Shown: positions 1-13,380, counted from the first letter of the whole stretch. The stretch is 63,722 nt of DNA, filler included, from Octopus bimaculoides (GCF_001194135.2; 7 parts of 7 records of this genome joined end to end with filler, not necessarily neighbours in it), one strand, 5' to 3'. Notes: generated by a model from the letters alone, not told the origin. A program made the numbers and translations.

Positions 1-337
1 CTTCGTCGTCGTCGTCGTCGTCGTCACCATCACCATCACCATTGAGGTAGTAAACTGACAGAATCTTTATCATGCCAGACAAAATGTTTAGTATCATTTT
101 GTTTGTATTTATGTTCTGAATTATTATTGAACTTTGCCTTTCTTCCTTCCTAATGTCAGCCAATTTACGGAGGGTACTGACTGGTATTTTTCATGCCACT
201 GGCACCAGTGAGGTTGCCCTGTAGCTTGGAAGAGGGAAAAGAACAAGGAAAAAAGGAAAGAAAATAGCTCCTACTACTAAGAGACAGTATTACATACATA
301 CATACATGCATGCATACATACATATACACACACATAT

Positions 338-368
<31 letters not shown>

Positions 369-1207
369 TATATAAATGAAGAGCTTGGAGTCAATATATA
401 TGTATGTATGTATGTATGCATGTACATATATATATATACATGCATACATACATATATACACACATATATATATGTATATGTTTATGTATATACACATATG
501 TATATATGATTATAAAATACATAATCAAATTTAATGTCTGTAAGTTCTTATACACTATGTTCCAAATACACATTCAGTGTCTTTATAGAATTTCGCCTGT
601 ATAGACATTATTATTATGGTAAGTTACTCCTAATTAATTACTATTGCAAATGGAAAAATACATTGTTTTAAAACTCATAGCATTTATGAGGAAAACACAG
701 AGATAATTACATTGAGAAGGATATGATGAGTAGAAGAAAAATAAAAAGATTAGAACCATTGAGTACAAAATATGAAAGAATTGTCCAAGTCATATGAATA
801 AATTTAGGTTTAAAATGAAAATAAATTATAATAGCTTTTTTGTCTTACTAATTTGTGTAGACACACATTAAACTGCTACTTTCATATCATTTATGAAGTT
901 GTGGAAGAGAAAGAAAGAGAGAGAGAAAGAGACTATGGAGACTATGGAGGCTTTGGAAAGATCTACTCAACACTAATCTCAAGAGGTTTAAATTTCTGAA
1001 AGAAATGATAAAAGATGGCAATAAGNNNNNNNNNNNNNNNNNNNNNNNNNNNNNNNNNNNNNNNNNNNNNNNNNNNNNNNNNNNNNNNNNNNNNNNNNNN
1101 NNNNNNNNNNNNNNNNNNNNNNNNNNNNNNNNNNNNNNNNNNNNNNNNNNNNNNNNNNNNNNNNNNNNNNNNNNNNNNNNNNNNNNNNNNNNNNNNNNNN
1201 NNNNNNN

Positions 1208-1239
<32 letters not shown>

Positions 1240-1434
1240 TGATGTGGACAGCAGTTTGCAATGATTCAACAAAAAGGAAAACTATAATCGTCACTAACTA
1301 TGACTAGGATGTTAGAAACACCTATATTGCTAGATATAAGAACTAAAATGCTCTCATGTTGTAGTCAAAGCACATAATTGCATACATATATAATGACAGG
1401 GACTGTAATTATCCAAAAACACTGTTTAAGCATT

Positions 1435-1478
1435 CCTTATATTCGGTTTCAGCAATTTCCGTTGCCTCGTCAGTAAGG
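1435..1478 (-). ncRNA. Degenerate minimal type-I hammerhead ribozyme-like motif (probable Penelope-type terminus)
   Basis: The minus strand reads CCTTA-CTGACGA-GGCAA(CGGAAA)TTGCT-GAAA-CCGA-ATA-TAAGG. The core boxes, stem II and stem I (CCTTA/TAAGG) are present; stem III is mismatched. Confidence 0.4.
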
Positions 1479-1698
1479 ACTGGCTGGATTCAGCAAATTC
1501 TGGACTTAATTCTCTTCCCCCACCTCTCTCTCTCTCCCTCTAATTCTCTCTCTCCCTCTAATTCTCTCTCTCCCTCTAATTCTCTCTCTCTCTCCCTCTA
1601 CTTCTCTCTTTCTCTCCCTCTAATTATCTCTCTCTCCCTCTCTCTCTCNNNNNNNNNNNNNNNNNNNNNNNNNNNNNNNNNNNNNNNNNNNNNNNNNN

Positions 1699-1755
<57 letters not shown>

Positions 1756-1842
1756 ATATAAAGCTGTACTGAGAAAACCTACCCAGCAAATAAAATGAAG
1801 GAATAACAGATATAAAATAAATATATGCAGGTGTCACTGTAT

Positions 1843-2050
1843 AGCAAGAGGTTTGCTTCCCAACCACATGGTCCTGGGTTCAGTTCCACTGTGTGACACC
1901 TTGAGGAAGTGTCTTCCACTCTTTTACAATAGCATTGTATGTGGATTTGGTAGACAGAAACTGAAAGAAGCCTGTTGTAAATGTATGTATATGTGTTTGC
2001 ATGTGTATGTGTGCATGTGAGAGAGAGAGAGAGAGAAAGTCTGTGTGTGT

Positions 2051-2084
<34 letters not shown>

Positions 2085-2290
2085 CTTTGTGTTTGTGTTT
2101 GTTCCCCACCAAAGCTGGTTTCGGTGTGTTTATATCTCTGCAACTTAGTGGTTTGGCAAAAGCGACCAACAGAATAAGCACCAGGCTTTAAAAAACGAAA
2201 GGACTGGGGTCAATTCATTAGACTAAAATCCTTCAAGGTCGGGCACCAGTATGGCCACAGTCTAATGACTAAAACAAGCAAACAATAAAA
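1843..2290 (+). mobile_element. tRNA-derived SINE (CORE-like ACCTTGxGxAAGT box, CA/GT microsatellite middle), CpG-decayed old copy
   Basis: Same architecture as the copies at 8790-9200, 28260-28680 and 49026-49512. CpG positions have decayed to TG/CA (gacagaaa vs gacggaaa; cctgttgt vs cgtcgt). Confidence 0.8.
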
Positions 2291-2730
2291 GATAAAAAAG
2301 TGTATATAGAGAACAATGTTGATGGTGATGGAAGCTGAAATGCTAAACATTTATGTTTATATTTTTCCCATCATGTTCATATTAAGTTTCCCTGCTACCA
2401 TTTATCTTTGATATGATGTACCATTTGCTTGTTCTTTTTGTTACTTTCTTATCTAACACTCGGTTCCCCTCCTATCATTATGTCCCTTTCTACCACCATA
2501 TCTCTTTCTCCCAGCATGCTGCCAAAGTAACCAGGGATAGTGATATATTTGATCTATCTTCGCTTGCTATGAGTCTTCTTTATTGTTATTCATTATCATT
2601 TCTCTCTCATTTCTCTCTTATTTATCCCTCATTACTGTTTCCATCAATCTTCCTCTCTTATCAGAAAACTTGTATTGCTGTCCATCATTCTCTATCTCAT
2701 ATTTCTATTGCTCATTATTGTCATTCATCA

Positions 2731-2767
<37 letters not shown>

Positions 2768-3328
2768 GCATGCACGCATCATTACTTCTCTCTCCCTCAC
2801 ACACATATACATGCACCTCATTAATTCTCTTTCTCTCTCTTTCTCACACATGCATGTACACAATATTACTTCTCTCTCTCTCTCACAAACATATACACAC
2901 ACCTCATTAATTCTTTTTTCCGCTCTCTCTCTCTCTCACACACAAACCTTAGTAATTCTCTTTCTCTCTCACACACACACACCCTATTAATTCTTTCTCT
3001 CTCTCTCTCTCTCTGTCATCACTATTTTCTCTTCTATCACACTTGCACTGGATCTCTTTCTATCCCCTTGTGTTATGAACAAAGATCAAATTCTCTATGA
3101 TGTTGTGTTGCTGAATTCACAATTACCTCCTTGCTGTTGGATAAAGAACAAACACAGACCATGTTGGGTGAAGAGGACTCTTTAGCCTTGCTGGGGCAGC
3201 TCAACCTCTCTAGTAATGGTACCATAATAAAAAGCATTCAATATGAAGATTAGAGATAGGGGTAGCACCTAGCCATAAATGACTTGTTAAAAATATGTAG
3301 CAAACAAGTGAAATATGGCCCTTGAATG

Positions 3329-3900
3329 TGTAGTGAGTCAAGGAATCCATATTTCATTATCGAGGATTAGCACAGTTGTGCTTTGGCAACAGCAGCCAAT
3401 TGGAGCTGGTTGTGTACCTATAAAAGCAGTAGTCATCAGAACATCAGAGCACGCCTTTTGGCAGTCAGTCTGCAGAAGACCTCAACACCAGGACCGTCAG
3501 TGAACAGAGCTGTACAACTGTCAGCAAACAGATCTCCATGACCATCAGCAAACAGATGTCTATGACCATCAGTGAACAGAGTTGCACAACCATCAACAGA
3601 TAGATGAACACAACTGACAGTGGACAGATCTTGACATTTCACACCAGCCTTCATACCACCAGCTATTGTCTGTTCATTTTTTTTAAGTACTTAGCACTGC
3701 AATCTTCTAACCTTCTTGTGCAATTGTAAGTTTAGAGGCTTCCCTCTCTCACACCTACATACATATGCTCATTTTGGTCAGCACTTGTCAACAATCCCAA
3801 ATACATTACTATGCTCTATTAATAAACATACCTTCTGACATTTATTTCTCCACATTATATTGAGATATTGTTACTTTTGAACATATGACAACCAACTAAA
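3329..3900 (+). mobile_element. 5' LTR of a Gypsy-like LTR retrotransposon
   Basis: Starts TGTAG, contains cctataaaag (TATA-like) and aataaa, and ends ctaaa (about CTACA). It is followed immediately by PBS-like TTGGTGAC at 3901. It is a direct repeat of 5229-~5790. Confidence 0.7.
3493..3636 (+). repeat. 24-bp minisatellite, 6 units, inside the 5' LTR
   Basis: Unit is about accatcagcaaacagatctccatg; 144 bp equals 6 x 24. Confidence 0.9.
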
Positions 3901-5228
3901 TTGGTGACATCTCTAAAGCTGTTACACTGGTGAACCATTTCACTATGAATATTTATATTGGTGACTTCCCAAACGTTGAAATATTTTTTTTTCAGGAAAT
4001 ATTTCCCCAACTAAAATAAATACATAACAGTTCCTGAGCAAATGTTTCTAATATGGTTGCGTTTCGTCTTCATTGTATTTTAGTCATGCCTTATGTATGC
4101 ACAGCCATATTCAATGCACATGTCTTGCCTTATTTTAGATGAATTTTCTTGCTTGTTGTCATGATGTAAAATTTGTTTCTGCTTGTAGTTATGCTGTTTC
4201 ATTCTTTATTGCTGCTGGAGTTCTGCCTCAACTCACCAAGCTTCTCCAGACCCGCTGTATGAAGAATGACTTCGTTTCACTTGCACCTGCTTAACTCACA
4301 TTTTTAATGTTGGGAAACACTTTCTTTGCAGCATCCCTTCTTGCACACTGTGTCTCTGATGCAAGGCCTTTGCTTGTAGTTAATGCAACCGATACTGTTT
4401 ACAGTCCTTTCATCAGCAACACTTACAAACCTCTTACCTTCTCTGGTCTCACTCAAGACATCTTCTCTCAAATTTGTGATGAGCAAATTCCATATTCACC
4501 TGTACCAACCTCTGCAGATCTTGTGTGATATCTCAGCAGTTTTGCCTCGTCTCTTTGTCTCACTGACTCATCGATGAACTGTTTTTGAAACTCTGCTTAC
4601 TCTGTTGCCTCTGCTGCCCAACGGTGATAGTGCATGCAGTCATTCACACACCCTTTGTCATCCCCAGCTCACCAGACACATGCGTGCTTCCATCACATCC
4701 ACTTCAATCTCATTGGACCCTGGCCCATCAATCTCGGATACACATCCATTTTCATTTGATGTCCTGATGCTATACCTCAAATTGATATTTTTTACTCTGT
4801 AATATGAGCCCTGCTATCGGGCTGGTTATCACACTATGGACCTCTTACACATATCACTCCACACGCATCGTGTCCATTGGAGAACAGACTTGGCAAGACT
4901 CTCTCTCTCCCTCTCTCTCTCTCTCTCTACCTCTCTCTCTCTTTCTCTCTCTCCCACTACACTCACGGAGTGGTTGGTATTAGGAAGGGTATCCAGCTGT
5001 AGAAACTCTGCCAAATCAGATTGGAGCCTGGTGCAGCCATCCGGTTCACCAGTCCTCAGTCAAATCGTCCAACCCATGCTAGCATGGAAAGCGGGCATTA
5101 AATGACGATGATGATGATGATGATATATATATATGAACTGGACCTTGGTGCCTGTTACTGTTTCATATTTTTTGCCTGCTTGCATTTGTTCTTTTTAATG
5201 TATCGACTTACAGTCTGAAGTGGGGTCA
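3901..5228 (+). mobile_element. Internally deleted Gypsy-like internal region with integrase remnant
   Basis: Frameshifted ILCDISAVLPRLFVSLTHR*TVFETL and FHHIHFNLIGPWP match the Gypsy integrase pattern LCDxSxGxPRPFVP...RFxHIHxDLVGPLP. A PPT-like gaagtgggg lies just before the 3' LTR. Confidence 0.65.
4952..5125 (+). mobile_element. SINE 3' part (ttaggaagggxatccagc domain, probably Meta-SINE type) nested in the LTR element
   Basis: Reads ggtattaggaagggtatccagctgtagaaac...ccaacccatgctagcatggaaagcgggcattaaatgacgatgatgat, ending in a (GAT)n tail. Confidence 0.6.
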
Positions 5229-5790
5229 TGTAGAGAGTCAAAGAAGCCATATTTCATTATCGTAGATTAGCACAGTTGTGCTTTGGCTACAGTAGCCAAT
5301 CAGAGCTGGTTGTGTACTTATAAAAGCAGCAGAGCACACCTTTTGGCAGTCAATCAGCAGAAGACCTCAACACCGCAACCATCAGCGAACAGAGCTGCAC
5401 AACCATCAGCACACAAATCTTCATGACCGTCAGTGAACAGATCCCTATGACTATCAGTGAAGAGAGCTGCACCACTATCAGCAAACAGATCTCCATGACT
5501 GTCAGCAAACAGATCTCTGTGACCATCAGCAAACAGATTTTCATGACTATCAGCAAATAAATCTCCACGACTGTCAGCAAACAGATCCTACAACTGTCAG
5601 TGAACAAAGCTGCACAACCAACAGCAGACAGATCTACACAACCGACAGTGGACAGATCTTGACATTTCACTCCAGCTTTCATACCACCGGCTGTTGTCTG
5701 CTCATTTTTCTTACCTCTTTAGCACTGCAGTCTTCTAACCTACTTGTGCAATTTTAAGTTTCAAGGCTTCCCTCTGACTCCTACACACAT
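5229..5790 (+). mobile_element. 3' LTR (3'-truncated) of the same Gypsy-like element
   Basis: Starts TGTAG and aligns with 3329-3775; similarity is lost after ctcactttg. Confidence 0.7.
5378..5664 (+). repeat. 24-bp minisatellite, 12 units, inside the 3' LTR
   Basis: Same unit; 287 bp equals 12 units, one of which is 23 bp. Confidence 0.9.
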
Positions 5791-6264
5791 GCGCTCACTT
5801 TGCACAATGTTTGCTAAATTTGTGACACCCACTGGTACCTTTTTATTTATTACCTCACTACTAAATCTGTCTCAATACAAACGAATTTTATATGGCAGTA
5901 GTTCTAAAAGGAAATAGCTCTACCATAATAACCAATCCATCCCATGGCAGCATAGAAAGGCAAATGTAGAATGTTGTTGTTTTAGTTGTTGATGATGATG
6001 ATAATGGTGATGATGACGACAATGACCACAATGATGATGATGATGATGATATCTCACTAGGATAATGAACGCACATCTCGAACTGTGCAATGGAACCTAT
6101 AATTCATCATATTATAGGGGACACTAACGAAAACTTCAAACTTATGTAGTGTATCCAACCCATAGGGAACTTTGAACTTCTTGATATGAGTGAATGCAAC
6201 AATCAGTTTATAACTTCATCCACAGACAGAAAGAAATGATGGTGATAAATTGTAAATGACTCAC

Positions 6265-6322
6265 TTTTCAATACTTTGTTCATTGCCAAAGCCCCCATGG
6301 GACAATATTCCTCCCATCATTA
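6265..6322 (-). CDS. Putative coding exon of an unidentified host gene (VMMGGILSHGGFGNEQSIE)
   Basis: Acceptor ttttattttccttttattttatctcaag, donor AA|gtgagt, open frame, and phase-compatible with 6399-6475. Confidence 0.4.
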
Positions 6323-6398
6323 CTTGAGATAAAATAAAAGGAAAATAAAATTACTGATTGTCTGATTGGCAAACCTTTGCTCACAGTAACTGACTTGC

Positions 6399-6475
6399 CA
6401 TATTTATGTCTGTTGCCTGTCTTCTTCTCTAGTACTTGTGAAGCTAACATGAGTGTATCTACGTGGTCACTTGAA
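6399..6475 (-). CDS. Putative coding exon (SSDHVDTLMLASQVLEKKTGNRHKY) ending in a GC donor
   Basis: Acceptor ttacttcttgcag and donor ATG|gcaagt give a 76-nt GC-AG intron to 6322. Phase matches both neighbouring candidates. Confidence 0.4.
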
Positions 6476-7809
6476 CTGCAAGAAGTAACAGCTAAATCTT
6501 CCACGAATCACAACTTAATGATATTTAAAATAATGATATTCTTATTATTATCATTAAAGGCAGCAAGCTGGGAGAATTGTTAGCATCCTGGGCAAAATGC
6601 TTGGTAGCATTTTGTCCATCTTTATTTGCTGAGATCAAATTCTGCAGAAGTCAACTTTTCTTTTCATCCTTATGAACACTATTTAACCCCTTCCTCGAAA
6701 TCGCTGGCCTTATTCCAAAATTTTAAACCAATGATATAAATAAAAATATTATCATTATTATTATCATAATGCCAAAGTTGACTTTGCCTTTCATCCTTTC
6801 AGAGTTGATAGAATAAGTACCAGTTGAACACTGGGATAGCTGTAACTTACTTGCTCTGTCTGCCTAATGTTCCTGATCCCATGCCAAAATTCGAAACCAA
6901 TATTATTAATATTATTATTATTATTATTATTATTATAAATTTCACTAAACTAAAAACTGGGTCTGTACATCAATTTGTAGACTATTTCTGCTAATAATGT
7001 TAAATCATCTTCAGATTTTCATATAACTGCAGTTAGATTCCAGAGGATACACACAGAGGTATTTCTTTCAATGTCAAACCAGAATACAAGAAAGACATTA
7101 CAAGTGAGTAATGTCAACTATGTCTACCAAGCCAGATATTGTTGTAGTTGACATATTGAGTGATATACTCTTGTGAAATACTATGTTTACACTGATTCTT
7201 GTAAAAAGCTGAAATTGATTATGTAAGTTATGACAATGGGAAACTTCTGAGTGAAATACAGTTTTTGTAAGAAATGACAAGGTTTTCAATAGCAAAAAAT
7301 CATATTTTTTATATTTGTTTTCCATTCACTTTCCTCGTATGACATGTGTGTGTGTGTCTGCGTACGTGTGTGCACATGTGTGTGTGACTGTTGTCATTTT
7401 ATGAAGGCAAAACAACTCCTGGAATTGTGAAGGAAAGTGAAAAATTATGTTGTGATGATATAGTATAAACTAATCAATAGAAGCAGTATATTTTCAAATG
7501 ATATTCATGACATAAAGTATGAAGGAAAAAAAAAAAACAATGTTCTATTTCATTGCAATATCAATGATGATAAGAACCATGGACTGGCAGAGTTGGTAGT
7601 GCATCGCATGTCATACTTTATGTTATTTAGGTACATGTTTCAAAGTTTTGATTTTGAATCCTGCCAATTTTGACTACACAATTTATCCTTTTGGGGTTAA
7701 AATATCAGACAAGTTAGGAATTGAGAATACCCAACCCACAAATTTGAGATTTATGTCAAAAATCAATGACAATAATAAGAACAACAGTATCAACAATAAT
7801 GATATTAGC

Positions 7810-8000
7810 ATGTATATGAGGCAGAAGCTGCCATGATGCACAAAAGTAATATTGACAGGTTATATTTAGCAAGAAAGGAAGGAGAAAGACATTTGTTAAA
7901 TGCAGATGTCTCCATCAATACAGTAATTTAGGGTCTGAAAAACAATGTTGTGTACTATGAGGAAAGACTGTTATTTGTGGACTTGAAATGAGAGAAAAAT
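7810..8000 (+). mobile_element. R4/Dong-like LINE remnant (post-RT region)
   Basis: HKSNIDRLYLARKEGERHLLN resembles the RLE-LINE motif HPKSxxDRLYLxRKxGGRGL. Confidence 0.65.
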
Positions 8001-8789
8001 GTGATGCAAGCATGAAGCAGAGGTTGTCAGGATAAATGATAATTACAAGATTTTATAGACTTTTCATGAGTTATATTATTGAAGCAATGAGACCAGATAT
8101 TATTGAGGAGGACTGTGTAACAAAGAAAGGCTTCTTTATGTATTGGAAAATAATTTGTTACATTAATAGGAAAGTTGTTCACACAATACAATTAATGGAA
8201 ACATTCAGATGAAACAGTGTACTATGACACATACAGAAAGTCTTTGTTAGAAATTCAACATTTGTAATAATTTTTACATGTCAAACACATATTCAGGTGC
8301 CATGATGTGTCTACTTCTTTAACCATTTCAAATTCAATAATCAGCTGTGAAAAGAACTATTAGGAGAGTGTACACCAACTCAACCCAAAGACATTGAAAT
8401 GTTGGCGCTCAGTTTATCCATGCTGGAAAGATCAAGTAGAAATTCACTTCGATAGTATCTGATCTCAAAATCCAGAAGGCCATAGCTAAATGTTACAAAA
8501 CGTCTTAGCTATTACTCCACCATTTTTGTGATCAACTGCACAAATAATATTCAAAATAATAATCCTTTCTAATTTTTGTACAAGGCAAGTAAGTCTGATG
8601 GAGAGAGAAGTTGATTACAATGGCCCCAGAGCTCGACTGGTACTTATTTCATTAACTTCCAAAAGGATGTAAGGCAAAGTCAACCTTAGCAACATTTGAA
8701 CTCAGATTGTAAATCTAGAAGAAAAGCTTCACATCATTTGCCTGCTGTACCAATGATTCTGCAAGTTCACTGCCTAATATTTTGAATAC

Positions 8790-9200
8790 TCTCTTTTACT
8801 CTTTTACTTGTTTCAGTCATTTGACTGTGGTCATGCTGGAGCACCACCTCTAGTCGAACAAATCGACCCCAGGACTTATTCTTTGTAAGCCTAGTACTTA
8901 TTCTATCGGTCTCTTTTGCCGACCTGCTAAGTTACATGGACGTAAACACACCAGCATCGGTTGTCAAGTGATATTGGGGGGGACAAACACAGACATGCAA
9001 ACATATACACACACATACATATATATACATATATACGACAGGCTTCTTTCAGTTTCCGACTACCAAATCCACTCATAAGGCTTTGGTCGGCCCGAGGCTA
9101 TAGTAGAAGACACTTGCCCAAGGTGCCACGCAGTGGGACTGAACCCGGAACCATGTGGTTGGTAAGCAAGCTACTTACCACACAGCCACTCCTACGCCTA
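8790..9200 (-). mobile_element. Near full-length, CpG-retaining (young) tRNA-derived CORE-like SINE
   Basis: The minus strand starts aggcgtaggagtggctgtgtggtaag, has a B-box-like ggttcagtccc and gcaccttgggcaagt, and ends in a (gtaaaaga)n tail. Confidence 0.85.
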
Positions 9201-10199
9201 ATAATTTCTAACATAAAACAAGATTAGAATGAAGTATCAATTAAACTGGCTCCAGTACTTGACAGGTACTTTATTCTGTTGACCACCCCTAAAACTAAAT
9301 AAAAGCAAAGTTAACATTGGCAGGATTTGAAACAAGGATGCAAAGTGAGAGAACAACCATCATGAGATATTTGGTCCGATGCTTTAACTATTCTTCTACC
9401 TTCAATATTAGTAATAAAAGTAACAAATGAAGAAAGAGAAAGCTTGCTAACATACTAATATCAATATGCTTCTTAATATCAAGTATCCTCAATACACTAA
9501 TGAAGTTACTGTAGATATGATTGAAAATAAATATTTATTAGTGACTGCAAATGGTACTGTTAAATACAAATATTAAACAATGTCTGAACCATAACATAGA
9601 GAAATGACACTTTATTTATTCTAATTTGAATTCTCTTTTTTCTTCATAGAACTTAATAGATATCATGTTTGTATCACAACAATATAGACTAACATCTAAT
9701 CTCACTGCATAACAATTTGGACAAATGTCATCTGTCAAGGCCCCAGGTTGATTTCAGTATTTAAGCAAACCCGTTATATATATATATGTTGATAAGTAAA
9801 TATAGATATAGTTATATAAGATGCACTGAAAGTAATATGATATTTGGTTCCTAAAAGGTAGCATCTCTTTATGGTGAGGTCAAACGTGTAGTTCTAAATA
9901 GGGTAAAAAAGTCGATATAATCACTTAAAAATTTTGAAACCTGCAGTCAAAGAAATGAATGGAATGATCCAAAGAATATGCATACATACATGGAACTCTC
10001 CACATCAGATGTGCAGGTATAATGAACCATTCAAAAAGGCTTTTTTGAATGCCTTCTTAAACAATTATATTGCTTTTTCCAGTATAAATCAGTTACTGGT
10101 GTATCTTACTACACTTTTTGTCAAGTCTGATATTAATAAAAAACAATGCCAACATGGATACCAACAGAAGCAGTAACACATCACCTGTAAATTATTTGA

Positions 10200-11950
10200 G
10201 GCGAAATAAGTACTCTTCTAACTTCACCTGGTCTTTTCATTGAAATCAAGATCTACTTTGGCATACTGAAAAGCCCAAGAAGACCCTTCCTAGAAATTAA
10301 CAGGACGAAGTTCACGCAAATTTTCAGTATTCTCTGACAAAATAGTGTTGGCAGCAAACACCTTCCTTTGTCAAAATATGGCTATCAAAGATAACATTTA
10401 TTATTCCAACTCTTGTGATGCTATTCAATCTTCTCAGTGCACTGAAAACGCACCAAAATCTGCCATAAAAGGGTTGACGCTAATGTAAACAAATTGCTGC
10501 CACCATTACTAAACTCCCATATATCTTCACATGTAAATGACATAACAGAGATGATTGTGGAAAATATTCTACTGAAGAACATTAAGTAGTTGCTGAGTGA
10601 CAGGCCATTCATAACAAGATTAAAGAAAAAGCCAACTGCTCTCATAATAAAGTTATCAAGGATGTTCCTGGAGAGTACATGCAATCATGTGACTATAATT
10701 ACTGGCCTGTACACAGCTGCATTATATATGAAGAAGTGTTAGGAAAAACCAGCAACACACATGCTACTGAAATTAGTAAATGGAAGCAACCCAGTGAAAA
10801 ATAGAACTTGGAGAAAATATCAACAAACTGTGCAATTATCCTGGATGATTGACCATGATAATAAAATGTAAGGGGAATAATGACATCATGTCTTACCAAT
10901 TACATCTTTTGTAAATATCAACAAACTTCTATGGGGACTCTTCACACTAAGTTCATGACGGAAAACTAATTATTCTAAAATTCAGAACTCTCAGTGTAAA
11001 ACTTTCTTACTGTAGGAAAATGTTCGAGAGAGCTGGTTTAAATCTCATGTTTGTTTCCAATCTACAAACACTATATCAAACAAATGAGGAAGAAAAACAT
11101 TACCATTAAGAAATCCCCATCTAAGGAAGATCATGGATCCTCTAGGTCTAAGATTTGGAAAGAAATGAGAAATTATAATTAGAATGCAACACATCTGAAA
11201 GATTACTATACGAACATCAACAGTAAAACATATACAGCCAACTCTGAAACTTTCCCCATAACCGAAGATAAGCTACATATCAAGAAAGCAAGGTACTTAG
11301 TATTTTGATACTTGTACAGTAGTCTGACTTCCACAGAAATACATTAATTGGTATGTTCAAAAGTCTACAGAAAGCTTGATTTACATACCAACTTGGCTTG
11401 TTATAGAACAGATGAATCTTATAGGCAAAAACAAAAGCACCAACATATTGGCAATAAATTATAAACCAATTGTTAGCCTGAACATTATGTCATGCTTTAT
11501 ACCAGCTGTTTCAAATAATTCCTCTAAAGTTCATTGTGAGTCCAACAACATAATGACTGATGAGCGAGCATATGGAAAGGAGTGTGGGGATGTGCCAAAC
11601 AACTTTTGATAAATACAGCTGTGCAGTTCAAAGTAAGAAAACATCGCAGAAACTTTATAATAATATGGTTTGATTATAGAAAACCATTTGACTCTATATT
11701 CCGCACATGGCTGTCAAAATCTCTACATACAGCAAAAGTATCTGCTACATTAATCATGGTCAGAGAAAAATTCACAAAGACCTGGCAACAATCTTTAGCC
11801 TTACAATTATGAGTGGAAACCTTGCCTTCAATATCATAGATATTTTGAAAGGAATATTCCAAAGGGATAATATTTCTGAAATCTTATATATTTTAGCATT
11901 AAATCACTTCTTTTACAAAACACAATGGCTAAATGCTAAGGCCTATAAAA
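10200..11950 (+). mobile_element. Degenerate R4/Dong-like LINE ORF with RT domains
   Basis: YKPIVSLNIM (about YRPITCLNTM), WFDYRKPFDSIFRTWL (about WIDYKKAFDSVPHSW) and KGIFQRDNISEILYILALN (about RGIFQGDSLSPLLF), with many stops and frameshifts. Confidence 0.8.
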
Positions 11951-12180
11951 GCACTTATTGGTGAGAGTACTTGCAGTCTTTATCAGTCATGACACTTCTG
12001 AAATATAACAATATATTTTATTTGTTTATTTATTTAATAGCAGGATTTGTTGGAAACAAAAATGCAGAAAAGGAAGATCTAAATGTCAGTGTGGCAAAGA
12101 TGAAACTATTATATATGCAGGAGAGATAGATATAGATAGATGTAAATAATAAGATAGATAGCAATAAATAGATAGATACA

Positions 12181-12347
12181 TTTCTTTTATTAGCCACACA
12201 GGGCTCAACGAAGATGGGACAAATACAATGTAGAGCTTTTCTTTTTGGGAGGGGGAAGGGAAAAAATAAAGGGGGGGTCGATCAAAAGGGATCGTAGGAA
12301 GGAAAAGGGGGGAGTTCGATCAAAAGGGATCGGGGAAAAAAAAAAAG
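12181..12347 (-). mobile_element. Short retroelement 3'-end-like fragment inserted in a (GATA)n tract
   Basis: A unique, CpG-bearing segment with an internal duplication (gatcaaaagggatcg x2) and A/T-rich ends, flanked on both sides by gata repeats. Confidence 0.35.
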
Positions 12348-13266
12348 ATAGATAGATAGATAGCAGTCAGACAGACAGACAGACAGATAGAATGATAGAT
12401 AGATAGATAGATAGATAGATAGAGAATGAAAGAGTATTTCCCGAGTAGCCTTAATCAATATACAGAATATAGAAAACCAAAACCTTGATGCAATGGGTCA
12501 AATAGAAATTGTGCACTATGTAGTACAGGTGATTTGGGAATCTCAACTTCAGACGTGGTAGATGCATAGGAATTGCTTCAACTGCATTATAATTACACTG
12601 AATTTCATAGTGCACTCAATAATGTACCTATTCTTTTTTGAATATAAATGTAAGAAAATGATTGTCTCTGGAGTAATCCCTAGCCTTAATCAAGAAGATT
12701 TATGATCAGAGGCGTAGAATTCCATGCCAAACCTGCCCAGTCTTTTCATAAGTTCATTTTAGATTTACATATCATCCAATAGTTTCTTTCATCTTTTTTA
12801 CAAGTAGCATAGTACAATGTTTGACTTGGCTGATATTTTTAAAAGGATGAATGACTACACAGAAGTTCCTGCAGTGGATCATTTCTGGAAATATTTCTTC
12901 GTTTGGCAATAATTAGATTTTATCTGCATGTAAGATAGAGACTCTTGAAAGTAAGTGTAAAAAGTGTGGTGTTGCATGATAGAGAGAGATATGTACTAAA
13001 TGTGGAAGATCTGAGAAATGTAGACTAAGGTGAGCTTTATAAAGTAGTGGTGTGAGTGTGTGTGTGTGTATGTGTGTGTGTGTGTGTGTATGTGTGTGTA
13101 TGTGTGAGAGAGTGAGTATAAATGAACTGAGGGAGTAGTTGGGCACTAAAGACATTAGCCAAAACAGGATGGAAAACAGGATCAGTGGTGTGCACAATTG
13201 ATGTAAATAAATGAATTATAATGGGGTAAAAGAGGTGATGTGGGATCGTGAGAAAATTAACCTCAC

Positions 13267-13380
13267 ATAAAAGAAAACAAGGGACTGAGATGAGTCTCTG
13301 TATGTTGTAAACCTCCAGAAACCATGATGAAAGAAATGGTTAGTTGAATATACTTTATGACAGAAATGTCCACCTTATAT
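13267..13380 (-). CDS. Putative 114-nt coding exon (YKVDISVIKYIQLTISFIMVSGGLQHTETHLSPLFSF)
   Basis: Acceptor tttttcccatacag and donor AT|gtgagg. Only one frame is open, and its phase-2 end joins 6475 in frame (ATT = Ile). Confidence 0.4.

Noticed and set aside
3493-5664. CRISPR-like appearance of the 24-bp repeats (also the 15-bp and 26-bp arrays)
   Set aside because: The repeats are head-to-tail with no unique spacers, there are no cas genes, and the context is eukaryotic.
5350-5682. 110-aa minus ORF with 8-aa repeats (EICLLTVM) and its paralog 3436-3654
   Set aside because: A by-product of the 24-bp LTR minisatellite; the frame is not preserved between the two LTRs.
7040-7103. Plus-strand exon-like segment (IPEDTHRGISFNVKPEYKKDIT, donor gtgagt) and plus-strand acceptors at 6432, 9650 and 13628
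   Set aside because: These are isolated, mostly run into stops or lack donors, and do not chain in phase as the minus-strand set does. They cannot be fully excluded without RNA data.
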